Below, piece by piece: positions 7,570 through 15,655 of a DNA stretch of 25,575 nucleotides. The translations under genes were made by a program, and so were the position numbers. Within the stretch, counting starts at the first letter, position 1. Every line of letters starts with the position of its first letter. The DNA comes from a virus (taxonomy: Duplodnaviria; Caudoviricetes). The notes beneath the pieces were generated by a model, which ran no database searches, was not told where the DNA came from, and saw only the letters and a list, made by a program, of their open reading frames with translations. The stretch covers positions 1 to 25,575 of IMG/VR virus record IMGVR_UViG_3300017913_001923; one strand, written 5' to 3'.

Positions 7570-8024
7570 TGGATCCAGTGTCAGCAATGGCTATTGCAGG
7601 TTCTGCATTTAATGCCATCAAGTCCGGCTTTGCGGCTGGGAGAGAAATAGAATCGATGTCCAAGGATCTCATGCGCTGGATGGGAGCAATGAATGATATC
7701 AAACAAGGACACGAAAAGCAAAAGAAGAAAAGTAGATTTGCAAGTATTGAGGAAGAAGCATTAGAAACTTTTGTTATTAAAAAACGAGCAGAAGAAATGG
7801 AAAATGAATTACGTCAATTTATTACATTGACGTATGGTATATCTGCTTGGCAAGAGCTTGTTAGAATGCAAGCTCAAATACGTAAAGATAGACAAGAAGC
7901 AGAAGAAGCTAGAAAAAAGAAGATTGCGCAAAATATAGAATATGCTATTGCAGGATTTTTGATATTAGTGGTGTGTACTATAATTGTAGCTGGTGGCATA
8001 CTTATATGGGATTATAAAAATTGA
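7569..8024 (+). CDS. Membrane protein (amphipathic N-terminus, coiled coil, C-terminal TM helix)
   Basis: MDPVSAMAIAGSAFNAIK...; C-terminal YAIAGFLILVVCTIIVAGGILIW; TGATG coupling. Confidence 0.8.
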   Translation: MDPVSAMAIAGSAFNAIKSGFAAGREIESMSKDLMRWMGAMNDIKQGHEKQKKKSRFASIEEEALETFVIKKRAEEMENELRQFITLTYGISAWQELVRMQAQIRKDRQEAEEARKKKIAQNIEYAIAGFLILVVCTIIVAGGILIWDYKN

Positions 8025-8236
8025 CACATGTTTTTGTTTTAATATTACTTATTGGAGAACAGATGGCGTCAAAGGATATGTATTTTTATGACATTGAGCG
8101 TTGTAACTATTTTGCAGCTCAACTGACAAAGAGATATGGAAACTATAAATATCTAAACCATGTCCCAGCAGAACATAAAGCCACTGCATATTGTAAACCA
8201 GTATATGTAAATACAGAAGGTATGATAATTTATTAA
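8021..8236 (+). CDS. Small hypothetical protein with two Cys
   Basis: 71 aa; TTG start overlaps the upstream stop and TAATG couples it downstream; hydrophobic N-terminus. Confidence 0.65.
   Translation: MTHVFVLILLIGEQMASKDMYFYDIERCNYFAAQLTKRYGNYKYLNHVPAEHKATAYCKPVYVNTEGMIIY
8144..8151 (+). promoter_or_regulatory. Possible late promoter TATAAATA (intragenic)
   Basis: Exact consensus, but inside an AT-rich small ORF. Confidence 0.3.
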
Positions 8237-8430
8237 TGATTTTACTTTTTATTTTAACAATCGTATTATTAGTTGGTCTTATGATATGGACAAGTATAAT
8301 GTACGACATTTACGTTCCTGAGGAGCCAACGACGGAACTAGAACAACGATGCACAGACATCAAGGAGAGACTAAAATGGCTGAATTGGAAGTTGCGGGAG
8401 CAAAGATTAGGGGTGGAAAACTCCTCTTAG
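8236..8430 (+). CDS. Small single-TM membrane protein
   Basis: N-terminal hydrophobic run MILLFILTIVLLVGLMIW; TAATG coupling. Confidence 0.6.
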   Translation: MILLFILTIVLLVGLMIWTSIMYDIYVPEEPTTELEQRCTDIKERLKWLNWKLREQRLGVENSS

Positions 8431-8987
8431 TCCTTCCAGTCTTATCTGCACTTGGAGGTGGCCTATGGGCTGGCTTTGAGTTCTACAAAGACTATATGGA
8501 CATGAAAGAAAAGATTCTAACATATGAAGCACCAGATCTTGCGGACATTCGTAAGAATATTGCAGTGATGGAAGAACATACAAAGACTGTTGAAGCCCAT
8601 ATGGAATTTGTTGAAAAAGAACTTGAATTGTTCAAAGACGAGTTTGCTAATGTAAGAACAGGACAGCAAGATAACACAGACTACTTGAGAGACACAAAAC
8701 ATGATCTCAAAGAAGAAATGGTACGGATTGAAAAGTACCTAGATAGAGTAGAAGATGACATAGATGCAGTTGAAACTGAAATGGATATCACTCTTGAAGA
8801 GAGTGAGAAGATTGCATCTGGTAACAGAGACTATGTAAGAGAGTTTGTTGATGATACTGATAAACGATATGATGACAAGATCAGTGGTCTTGAAGGCTAC
8901 GTGAAAAGGGAATTGGAAAACCTCGAGGATAGATTAAACGATAAGTTAACAAAAGCATTAGATAATCCTCTTGCCAATAGGAATTAG
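8376..8987 (+). CDS. N-terminal TM protein with a long acidic coiled coil
   Basis: SD AAGGAG then ATG 8376; TM LLLVLPVLSALGGGLWAGF; about 160-aa heptad-like acidic region ending DNPLANRN. Confidence 0.85.
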   Translation: MAELEVAGAKIRGGKLLLVLPVLSALGGGLWAGFEFYKDYMDMKEKILTYEAPDLADIRKNIAVMEEHTKTVEAHMEFVEKELELFKDEFANVRTGQQDNTDYLRDTKHDLKEEMVRIEKYLDRVEDDIDAVETEMDITLEESEKIASGNRDYVREFVDDTDKRYDDKISGLEGYVKRELENLEDRLNDKLTKALDNPLANRN

Positions 8988-9009
8988 TGATATTACAATT
9001 TGTTAAAAG

Positions 9010-9017
9010 TATAAATA
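9010..9017 (+). promoter_or_regulatory. T4-type late promoter TATAAATA
   Basis: Exact consensus in the intergenic gap after the stop at 8987. Confidence 0.8.
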
Positions 9018-9052
9018 CTAGCAAGATTAATTCTATGGGAAAGCTGAAATTC

Positions 9053-9331
9053 ATGCCTGAGTCAAACGCAAGTCGATTAGATAGAATCGAGGAGAAACTC
9101 GATAAGCTCACTGATGCCATGGTCGCTATGGCCAGAGCAGAGGAGAAGATAAACGCGTTGCAAGACGATCACGGAAAAATGTATGAGAGGATGAATAAGT
9201 TCTCTCAAAAATTAGATGAAATTGATGCTAAGGTTAACGAAAACCATAGAACGGTTCAGTTTATTCATAAACTGTTTTGGGTAGTTGTAGTAGCAACTGC
9301 CGGTGCTATTGCAACTAACGTGTGGATGTAG
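9053..9331 (+). CDS. Coiled-coil protein with a C-terminal TM helix (XhlA/holin-like architecture)
   Basis: MPESNASRLDRIEEKLDKL...LFWVVVVATAGAIAT. Start placed downstream of the late promoter (ATG 9053; ATG 9035 is an alternative). Confidence 0.75.
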   Translation: MPESNASRLDRIEEKLDKLTDAMVAMARAEEKINALQDDHGKMYERMNKFSQKLDEIDAKVNENHRTVQFIHKLFWVVVVATAGAIATNVWM

Positions 9332-9339
9332 AGGAACAA

Positions 9340-10236
9340 ATGCAACAAAAATTTATTATTCCAGAAGAGATTCCGGCAAACGAACGTACCGCCTTTCATG
9401 GCGCTGCTGCGGCTGCCGCGAAAGCTGGTAAATCACATTTTAATTTTAACGGGAAGAAACATCCTGTTACAATGAACAAAGATACTGCTCACAAGATTGC
9501 AGATCAAAAAGAAGACAAAGAAGCTGAGGTCGATCCTGTTCAGAAGAAAGAAATGATGAGCAAGTCGAAAATGCTCGGCAAAAAGAAAGCTGGTGAGACA
9601 GCTTCCATGAATCCAAAACTGGATAATGGTAAAGATTCAAAGGACAATTCTATGGAACAGAAAGAGTCGACTATCCGTCAAAAGCTCATGGCTGTCCTCG
9701 AAGGTGAAAACCATAGCCCCAACAAAGATAAGGCTGAGAAGCCTGAAGATGCTCTGAAGGGTGATGGCGCTAAGAAGATGGCTGCTGATGCAAAAGGTCC
9801 GACTGTGGATATTGAAACACAAAGCCACGATGATGTATCTAAAGCAGGTCGTGCAGGTCCAGGTCGTAAAGCTCGCTCAAACGATAACATGAAAGGTGAT
9901 TCAAAGATCATCAATCAACCTGTTGATGCTACCAAAGGTGGTAAGGGCGATGCAATGGTTAAGTCTGAGAGCTATGATACAATGTCTGGTCTCAAAGAGG
10001 CTTATGCAACCGTCGCAGGAGCCTTTACTATTGAACTAGAAGATCTGGATGAGTCTATGCTTGGCCACAGAGATGCTGAGAAGTTGAATGGCGGTAAGTC
10101 CAAAGATTCTAACTTCAAGTCTCCTGAGTCTCATATTGACTATCATCACAGACAGTCTGGTGGTCATAACAAATCAGGTGGCGACCAAGACCGTCATAGA
10201 TATCAAGTAGCCAAGAAGTTAGGATACGACGTATGA
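9340..10236 (+). CDS. Lys/Asp-rich low-complexity protein, possible head internal/scaffold-like protein
   Basis: SD GAGGA then ATG 9340; FHGAAAAAAKAGKSHFNFNGKKHPVTM motif; His-rich C-terminal module. Confidence 0.8.
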   Translation: MQQKFIIPEEIPANERTAFHGAAAAAAKAGKSHFNFNGKKHPVTMNKDTAHKIADQKEDKEAEVDPVQKKEMMSKSKMLGKKKAGETASMNPKLDNGKDSKDNSMEQKESTIRQKLMAVLEGENHSPNKDKAEKPEDALKGDGAKKMAADAKGPTVDIETQSHDDVSKAGRAGPGRKARSNDNMKGDSKIINQPVDATKGGKGDAMVKSESYDTMSGLKEAYATVAGAFTIELEDLDESMLGHRDAEKLNGGKSKDSNFKSPESHIDYHHRQSGGHNKSGGDQDRHRYQVAKKLGYDV

Positions 10237-10565
10237 TCAAGCCTCCTTCATTTCAAAAAGATGCCATCCCGACAACTCGTGGATGGACTCATCCGCGGAC
10301 AGGAGAACTACTAGTCTCAGGTCGTATCTCTGAAGGTCAGATTAATGAGTATCTTGGTATTACAGAAGAGCCACAAGTAGCACCGGTTGTGGAAGTTCCT
10401 ACTGTAGAAGAAGATCCCATTGTAGAAGAGCCAATGGCTAGTGACATGGAAGAGATGACCAAACTTGAACTAGAAGCTATGGGCCGTGAGCACGGCATTG
10501 AACTTGATCGCAGAGAAAAGAAGAGTTCACTGATTGAGCAATTGAAGGCAGTTATCGATAACTAA
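10233..10565 (+). CDS. Conserved phage protein with a C-terminal Rho-N/HeH-like helical domain
   Basis: PPSFQKDAIPTTRGWTHPRTGELLVS N-motif, acidic Pro/Val linker, MTKLELEAMGREHGIELDRREKKSSLIEQL. Confidence 0.75.
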   Translation: MIKPPSFQKDAIPTTRGWTHPRTGELLVSGRISEGQINEYLGITEEPQVAPVVEVPTVEEDPIVEEPMASDMEEMTKLELEAMGREHGIELDRREKKSSLIEQLKAVIDN

Positions 10566-10582
10566 CTATCCTAAATAGCTAC

Positions 10583-10948
10583 ATGATGGAATTTGAACTG
10601 ACTGAAGATAATCTCTTCTTATACGCTGCTAAGCATTATTACAATCCTCGCTTCTCTGATATAGAAGAGTTCAACGAGGACTTGAAACGGTTTAAGTATA
10701 TAAAGAGATTAATTAATCGTTATCAAGAGAATGGAATTCTAGTTGAACGGTTGATACTCAACCACACAATTGTTATCTTCAACGTTTTTGGTATAGAGGC
10801 TGCACTTAACATACTAGACTTGAAATTGGATGAAAAGCATTGGCCAGTGATGAAACCATTTTTAGTGTTCTTGAAATACATTACCAATGAACAATACACT
10901 GGTATAAAAATGGATCAAACTGTGGTAGAGGCACTGAGGAAGATTTAA
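10583..10948 (+). CDS. Conserved T4-like phage hypothetical protein
   Basis: LTEDNLFLYAAKHYYNP...EDLKRFKYIKRL...ERLILNH motif, recognised from T4-like phages. Confidence 0.8.
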   Translation: MMEFELTEDNLFLYAAKHYYNPRFSDIEEFNEDLKRFKYIKRLINRYQENGILVERLILNHTIVIFNVFGIEAALNILDLKLDEKHWPVMKPFLVFLKYITNEQYTGIKMDQTVVEALRKI

Positions 10949-11535
10949 TGGGTTTAGTTAAACAAGCTGCAGATCTAACATACAGTTTCCGATTCATCCG
11001 TATGTTGGTTATGGATTGGAAAAACTGGGATGCATATAAGTTAGGCATCATTGATGAGAACGGTAAACGAAACCGAAGCGTTGGATTAGATAACGATGAG
11101 AAGAAGTCTGCATATACTCCTTTTATTCGCCTTGCTGCTAATGTTAAGCGGCTGCTCAGTAAAGTTCCGGGCGGAGGATCAAAACTTGGTTCTTTCGCTG
11201 CCGCTCTATACCTGATCAAAGAAAAATACAATCTCTCAGATAAATCTCTTGAAAAAATTCTAAAAGAGTGTAATATGGACTCATATGACTTTCTTGCAGA
11301 AGAGAGTCAATGGTTTGTATTGGAAGATAAGTTATTGTCTCCAGGAGTGTATAGAGTAACAGATTCTAAACTATTGAACCACACTTGTGAGGAAATGGTT
11401 TGGGCAAAGGATCAGATTCGTATTAGAGAAGACAGCTATCCTATTGGTGATGTGTTTGGTATTGATATCTATGAAGCTGTTCATGTAAAAACTAATCAGA
11501 AGGTATTCGTATCTTCAAGTGAGTTGTACAAATGA
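10948..11535 (+). CDS. Conserved T4-like phage hypothetical protein
   Basis: FRFIRMLVMDWKNWDAYKLGIIDENGK motif; TAATG and ATGA coupling. Confidence 0.8.
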   Translation: MGLVKQAADLTYSFRFIRMLVMDWKNWDAYKLGIIDENGKRNRSVGLDNDEKKSAYTPFIRLAANVKRLLSKVPGGGSKLGSFAAALYLIKEKYNLSDKSLEKILKECNMDSYDFLAEESQWFVLEDKLLSPGVYRVTDSKLLNHTCEEMVWAKDQIRIREDSYPIGDVFGIDIYEAVHVKTNQKVFVSSSELYK

Positions 11536-11999
11536 AGACTTCAGATTTAATTAAGAAGAGCCATGCAAAGAGAGGAGCACCAGGAACTCTGAAAAGAAAA
11601 GTTTCTGGTAAAATGACAATTGCAAAAGCTAAGGCTCTAAAGAATAAACCAGGGGCAACTACCATGGATAAGAAACAAGCCAACTTTTTCATTAACATGG
11701 CTCGTGCTAGAAAAGAACAGCAAGAGAGTCTGTGGGCAAACATTCACGCGAAGAGACGTCGTGGTGAGAAGATGAGAAAGAAAGGTGAGAAGGGTGCACC
11801 TACTCCTGATCAGATTAAGCGTGCACAATCAACGAGTGAAGATGCAACAACGACTGCATCTATTCCTAATCCAGCTACTACAGCTATGGGACCTCGAATC
11901 AAAACTACTACTATGCATGACAAGCGCAGACGAAAAGATAAACATCCAGTATTGTTGAAGCGCTTTAGTCAGTACTTCAATGATAAAGGAGCTATGTGA
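11532..11999 (+). CDS. Basic mosaic hypothetical protein
   Basis: 155 aa, Lys/Arg-rich modules separated by QQE|SLWANIHAKRRRG and TSE|DATTT. Confidence 0.75.
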   Translation: MKTSDLIKKSHAKRGAPGTLKRKVSGKMTIAKAKALKNKPGATTMDKKQANFFINMARARKEQQESLWANIHAKRRRGEKMRKKGEKGAPTPDQIKRAQSTSEDATTTASIPNPATTAMGPRIKTTTMHDKRRRKDKHPVLLKRFSQYFNDKGAM

Positions 12000-12457
12000 T
12001 GTTATCACTATTAGGATCACTGCTTGGGTTTGCAGGTTCTGCAGTACCAGCAGTTACGGACATCTTTAAGGATAAGGCTGACCGTAAACACGAAATTGAG
12101 AAAATGAAAACCATGGCCGAGCTCAAAGCTCAAGGCTACGAAATGGATATGAAGTTTTATGATGTCATGGGAGCAGACAAAGAGCATGAGAGACTCATTG
12201 CTCACGACACTGCTATCATGCAATCAACAGGTTGGACATCTGTACTACAAAAGTCCGTCAGACCAGTAATCACTTATGCATTCTTTGGTCTGTTTGCTAC
12301 AATTGAAATTACACTATTAATGAATGCTCTTGAAATGGGTACACCATTTGACCAAGCAATCCAGTTACTATGGGATGAAGAAACAAAGGCAATCTTTGCA
12401 GCAATTATTTCATTCTGGTTTGGTTCTAGAGCAGTTGAGAAAGCGAGAAGAAAATAA
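11999..12457 (+). CDS. Putative holin (3TM/GTA-holin-like)
   Basis: Hydrophobic N-terminus, VRPVITYAFFGLF and IISFWFGSR motifs, basic C-terminus; SD AAGGAG before ATG 11999. Confidence 0.6.
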   Translation: MLSLLGSLLGFAGSAVPAVTDIFKDKADRKHEIEKMKTMAELKAQGYEMDMKFYDVMGADKEHERLIAHDTAIMQSTGWTSVLQKSVRPVITYAFFGLFATIEITLLMNALEMGTPFDQAIQLLWDEETKAIFAAIISFWFGSRAVEKARRK

Positions 12458-12657
12458 TGAAAGAGCAATTAGTAAAAGCAGCAATGATGCACGCTGAGGG
12501 TGAACTTGAGCGTGCTAAGACAAACATCATGGTCTACATGAATCAGAGTGTAGGCATTGGTGAACATTCGGACATCGTTGAGGCTATCCAAGAAGAACTA
12601 GATAAGATGGCGGCTGCAGAAGACCGCATCGAAATGCTAAAAAAATATTTTTCGTAA
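12457..12657 (+). CDS. Small conserved helical protein (GIGEHSDI motif)
   Basis: 66 aa, TAATG coupling; motif recalled from marine phages. Confidence 0.75.
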   Translation: MKEQLVKAAMMHAEGELERAKTNIMVYMNQSVGIGEHSDIVEAIQEELDKMAAAEDRIEMLKKYFS

Positions 12658-12683
12658 CACATAAAATATGCGGAAATTAGCTG

Positions 12684-12712
12684 TTTACAAAAACGGCAGA
12701 ATACTATATAAT
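12684..12712 (+). promoter_or_regulatory. Sigma70/T4 early-type promoter TTTACA-N17-TATAAT
   Basis: gTTTACA at 12683-12689 matches the T4 early GTTTAC box; 17-nt spacer; TATAAT at 12707-12712, upstream of nrdJ. Confidence 0.75.
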
Positions 12713-12748
12713 AGCACTAGTTTAAAATCATTTATATTGGAGAGTAGA

Positions 12749-14965
12749 ATGGCAACAGCAAATGTTGACACAAGGAAGTTTTTGTCCGAAACCAAGTTCT
12801 ACGAAAGTTATTCCAGATTCAAAGAAGATGCTGGAAACTACGAATCTTGGGACGAAGCCGTCGACCGTGTAATCGAAATGCACGAAAATAATTATAAAAC
12901 AAAAAATAATGAACTGCAACCGTATTTCGAAGAAGCGCGACAGGCATATAAAGAACAACGAGTCCTTGGTGCTCAACGTGCTCTTCAGTTTGGTGGTGAT
13001 CAATTAATGAAGCATCAGATGCGTATGTATAACTGTACATCGTCTTATGCTGATCGCCCAGCCTTTTTTGGCGAACTATTTTATATTCTGCTGTGTGGTG
13101 CTGGTGCAGGCTTTTCTGTACAAAAGCATCATGTAGAAAGACTCCCTCAGTTACAAGCCCGCACAAAGCAGGCTAAAGGTTATATCGTAGAAGACTCTAT
13201 TGAAGGTTGGGCATCTGCACTTGACGTGTTGATGTCTTCTTATTTTGTGGGTGGTGGTAAACATCCAGATTACGAAGGCCGTAGAGTTTTCTTTGATCTC
13301 ACTAACATTCGTCCAAAGGGTGCAAAGATCTCAGGAGGGTTCAAAGCACCAGGACCAGAAGGTCTTCGTCGTTCACTCGATAAGATTGAACACCTTCTTC
13401 AAGGTATTGTAATGGATTCAAAAGAGCCAGTGTCTGTTAGACCTATCAATGTTTATGATATTTCTATGCATGCCGCTGATGCTGTGTTGTCTGGAGGCGT
13501 ACGTCGTTCAGCAACCATTTGTCTTTTCTCACCAGATGATGAGGAAATGATGAATGCTAAGACAGGCAACTGGTTTATGGAGAATCCTCAGAGAGCTCGT
13601 TCTAACAACTCTGCAGTTATTGTCAGAGATGAGACGACAGCTGAACAGTTTGGTAAGATCATGGAATCTGTCAAACAGTTTGGTGAACCTGGATTTGTCT
13701 TTGTTGAATCAACAGAACATACAACCAACCCTTGTGTTGAGATTGGAATGTTCCCTCAGATTGATGGTCAATCTGGCTGGCAGGGTTGTAACCTGACAGA
13801 GATCAATGGAGGCATGTGCAATACCGAGGAAGACTTTTATAAGGCATGCCGCGCAGCGTCTATCCTCGGTACCCTACAAGCTGGGTACACTGACTTCAAG
13901 TTTTTGGCGGAAACTTCAAAGGCAATCTTTGATCGGGAAGCCCTGCTTGGAGTATCGATCACGGGATGGATGAACAATCCAGGAATTCTGTTTAATGATA
14001 AGGTCCTGGAAAAAGGAGCAAAGATTGTTCGAGAAGTTAACAAAGAAGTTGCCGCCCTTGTTGGTATTAATCCTGCTGCTCGCACCACTTGTGTTAAGCC
14101 AAGCGGCAATGCATCAGTTCTTTTACAAACCGCTTCTGGAATCCATGCTGAACACTCCCCCATGTACATCCGCAATGTGCAGATGAACAAGGAGTCTGAG
14201 ATCACTCAAGCAATTATGAAAGCTAATCCTTGGATGGTTGAAGAGTCAGTGTGGTCCGCAGGTGGGACTGATGTTGTTGTGTCGTTCCCAATTGTACCTA
14301 ATGAAGACTCATTGTATAAAGATGAGCTTGTTGGCGTCAAGCATCTTGAGCTTGTTGCTAGAGCTCAGAAGCATTGGGTCAATGCTGGTACTAACGAAGA
14401 TCTTTGTGCAGACGAAGGTGTACGACATAACGTCTCCAACACTATCATTGTTGACGATTGGGATGAAGTAGAAACATATGTATTCGAGAATAGACACTCG
14501 TTTGCTGGTATCTCTTTCCTTCCAATGACAGGAGACAAAGACTATAACCAAGCACCGAACACAGCTGTGATCGATGCTAAAGAGATGGTTAAGAAATATG
14601 ACACAGCTGCAGTGTTTGCATCTGGTATGGTTGTTGATGGCCTTAAGGCTTTTGATAACCTCTGGAATGCATGTTCTACAGCTCAAGGCTTTGGTGAAGA
14701 CTTAACTCTTGATGATTCATCTACTGTTATGAAAAAGGATTGGGTTCGTCGTTTCAACAACTTTGCTGAGAACTATCTTGATGGTGATATCAAGAAAGCA
14801 GAGTATTGTTTGAAAGATGCATACCTTCTTCATAAGTGGAAGAAGATCCAAGCTAACCTTAAGCAGGTTGATTGGAGTGCAGACCTTCAAGAAAAGAAGT
14901 TCACTGAGATTGACACCATTGGTGCTGCTGCTTGTGCAGGTGGTGCTTGTGAAATCGATTTCTAG
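12749..14965 (+). CDS. nrdJ: Class II (adenosylcobalamin-dependent, RTPR-like) ribonucleotide reductase
   Basis: MYNC, GGVRRSA, TNPCVEI (thiyl radical Cys), GCNLTE, TCVKPSG, GISFLP and C-terminal ACAGGAC. No class I C-terminal YY pair and no adjacent nrdB. SD GGAGAG supports ATG 12749. Confidence 0.88.
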   Translation: MATANVDTRKFLSETKFYESYSRFKEDAGNYESWDEAVDRVIEMHENNYKTKNNELQPYFEEARQAYKEQRVLGAQRALQFGGDQLMKHQMRMYNCTSSYADRPAFFGELFYILLCGAGAGFSVQKHHVERLPQLQARTKQAKGYIVEDSIEGWASALDVLMSSYFVGGGKHPDYEGRRVFFDLTNIRPKGAKISGGFKAPGPEGLRRSLDKIEHLLQGIVMDSKEPVSVRPINVYDISMHAADAVLSGGVRRSATICLFSPDDEEMMNAKTGNWFMENPQRARSNNSAVIVRDETTAEQFGKIMESVKQFGEPGFVFVESTEHTTNPCVEIGMFPQIDGQSGWQGCNLTEINGGMCNTEEDFYKACRAASILGTLQAGYTDFKFLAETSKAIFDREALLGVSITGWMNNPGILFNDKVLEKGAKIVREVNKEVAALVGINPAARTTCVKPSGNASVLLQTASGIHAEHSPMYIRNVQMNKESEITQAIMKANPWMVEESVWSAGGTDVVVSFPIVPNEDSLYKDELVGVKHLELVARAQKHWVNAGTNEDLCADEGVRHNVSNTIIVDDWDEVETYVFENRHSFAGISFLPMTGDKDYNQAPNTAVIDAKEMVKKYDTAAVFASGMVVDGLKAFDNLWNACSTAQGFGEDLTLDDSSTVMKKDWVRRFNNFAENYLDGDIKKAEYCLKDAYLLHKWKKIQANLKQVDWSADLQEKKFTEIDTIGAAACAGGACEIDF

Positions 14966-15119
14966 TCCATGTGTCAAAATCTGCACATTGATAGATAACT
15001 ATTGTGTGGGGTGCGGTAGGTCAGCCGAAGAGATTCGCGAATGGCTTACCGCCACCGACAATAGAAAAAAAGAAATCCTAGAAAGGATCGAGCTTGGATC
15101 AATACAAAATAGAATGTGA
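14949..15119 (+). CDS. DUF1289-like small Cys-rich (Fe-S/Zn) protein
   Basis: SPCVKIC..NYCVGCGRSAEEIREW motif; GTG start overlaps the end of nrdJ. Confidence 0.75.
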   Translation: MKSISSPCVKICTLIDNYCVGCGRSAEEIREWLTATDNRKKEILERIELGSIQNRM

Positions 15120-15228
15120 AGAATGTGAAAGTGAATCACATGTATTTGCATATGAACAACCAGAGTTCTGTCCAATGTGTGGACGACGTGTAGAAGCTGA
15201 ATACTTAGAGCATGATTTAGATGACTAA
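15094..15228 (+). CDS. 44-aa zinc-ribbon protein (below the ORF-track cutoff)
   Basis: SD AAAGGA then TTG; MDQYKIECEECESESHVFAYEQPEFCPMCGRRVEAEYLEHDLDD with CxxC...CPxCG; fills the gap in the track. Confidence 0.7.
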   Translation: MDQYKIECEECESESHVFAYEQPEFCPMCGRRVEAEYLEHDLDD

Positions 15229-15239
15229 TATATACCTGT

Positions 15240-15644
15240 ATGTGGTATTATAAAAATGAACAATTCAATACAACACCAGAAGACTTTCAGGGCTTTGTCT
15301 ATCTCATCACCGAGATTGACACTGACAAAAAATATATTGGAAAGAAGAACTTCTGGAAACCTAAGATCCTCCCCATCACCAAGACACGTAAGAGAAGAGT
15401 ACGCACGCGTACAGAATCTGACTGGCGCAAGTACTTTGGATCCTCACAAGAGGTTCAACAATTGGTTGAGTCCAAAGGAGAGGACAACTACAAGAGAGAG
15501 ATTTTGAAGTTGTGTAAGACAAAAGGCGAAATGTCTTACTATGAAGCTAAACTTCAATTTGAGCACGATGTGCTACTTCGCAATGACTATTATAATGAAT
15601 TTATAGGATGTAAAATACACTCCAAACATCTCAAAACCACCTGA
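15240..15644 (+). CDS. Standalone GIY-YIG-family nuclease
   Basis: GFVYLIT...KKYIGKK motif, downstream conserved E and YYN. No separate DNA-binding domain. Confidence 0.75.
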   Translation: MWYYKNEQFNTTPEDFQGFVYLITEIDTDKKYIGKKNFWKPKILPITKTRKRRVRTRTESDWRKYFGSSQEVQQLVESKGEDNYKREILKLCKTKGEMSYYEAKLQFEHDVLLRNDYYNEFIGCKIHSKHLKTT

Positions 15645-15655
15645 AAGGATAGGAA

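Noticed and set aside
12668-12748. N-terminal extension of the RNR given in the ORF track
   Set aside because: The region contains the promoter and the SD, so the real start is ATG 12749. Similar over-extended starts at 4746, 5085, 8349, 8987, 14817, 20578, 21371 and 23301 were also trimmed.
15240-15644. Mobile homing endonuclease or intron associated with nrdJ
   Set aside because: Only 134 aa with no DNA-binding extension, and nrdJ is uninterrupted with no intron or intein visible.
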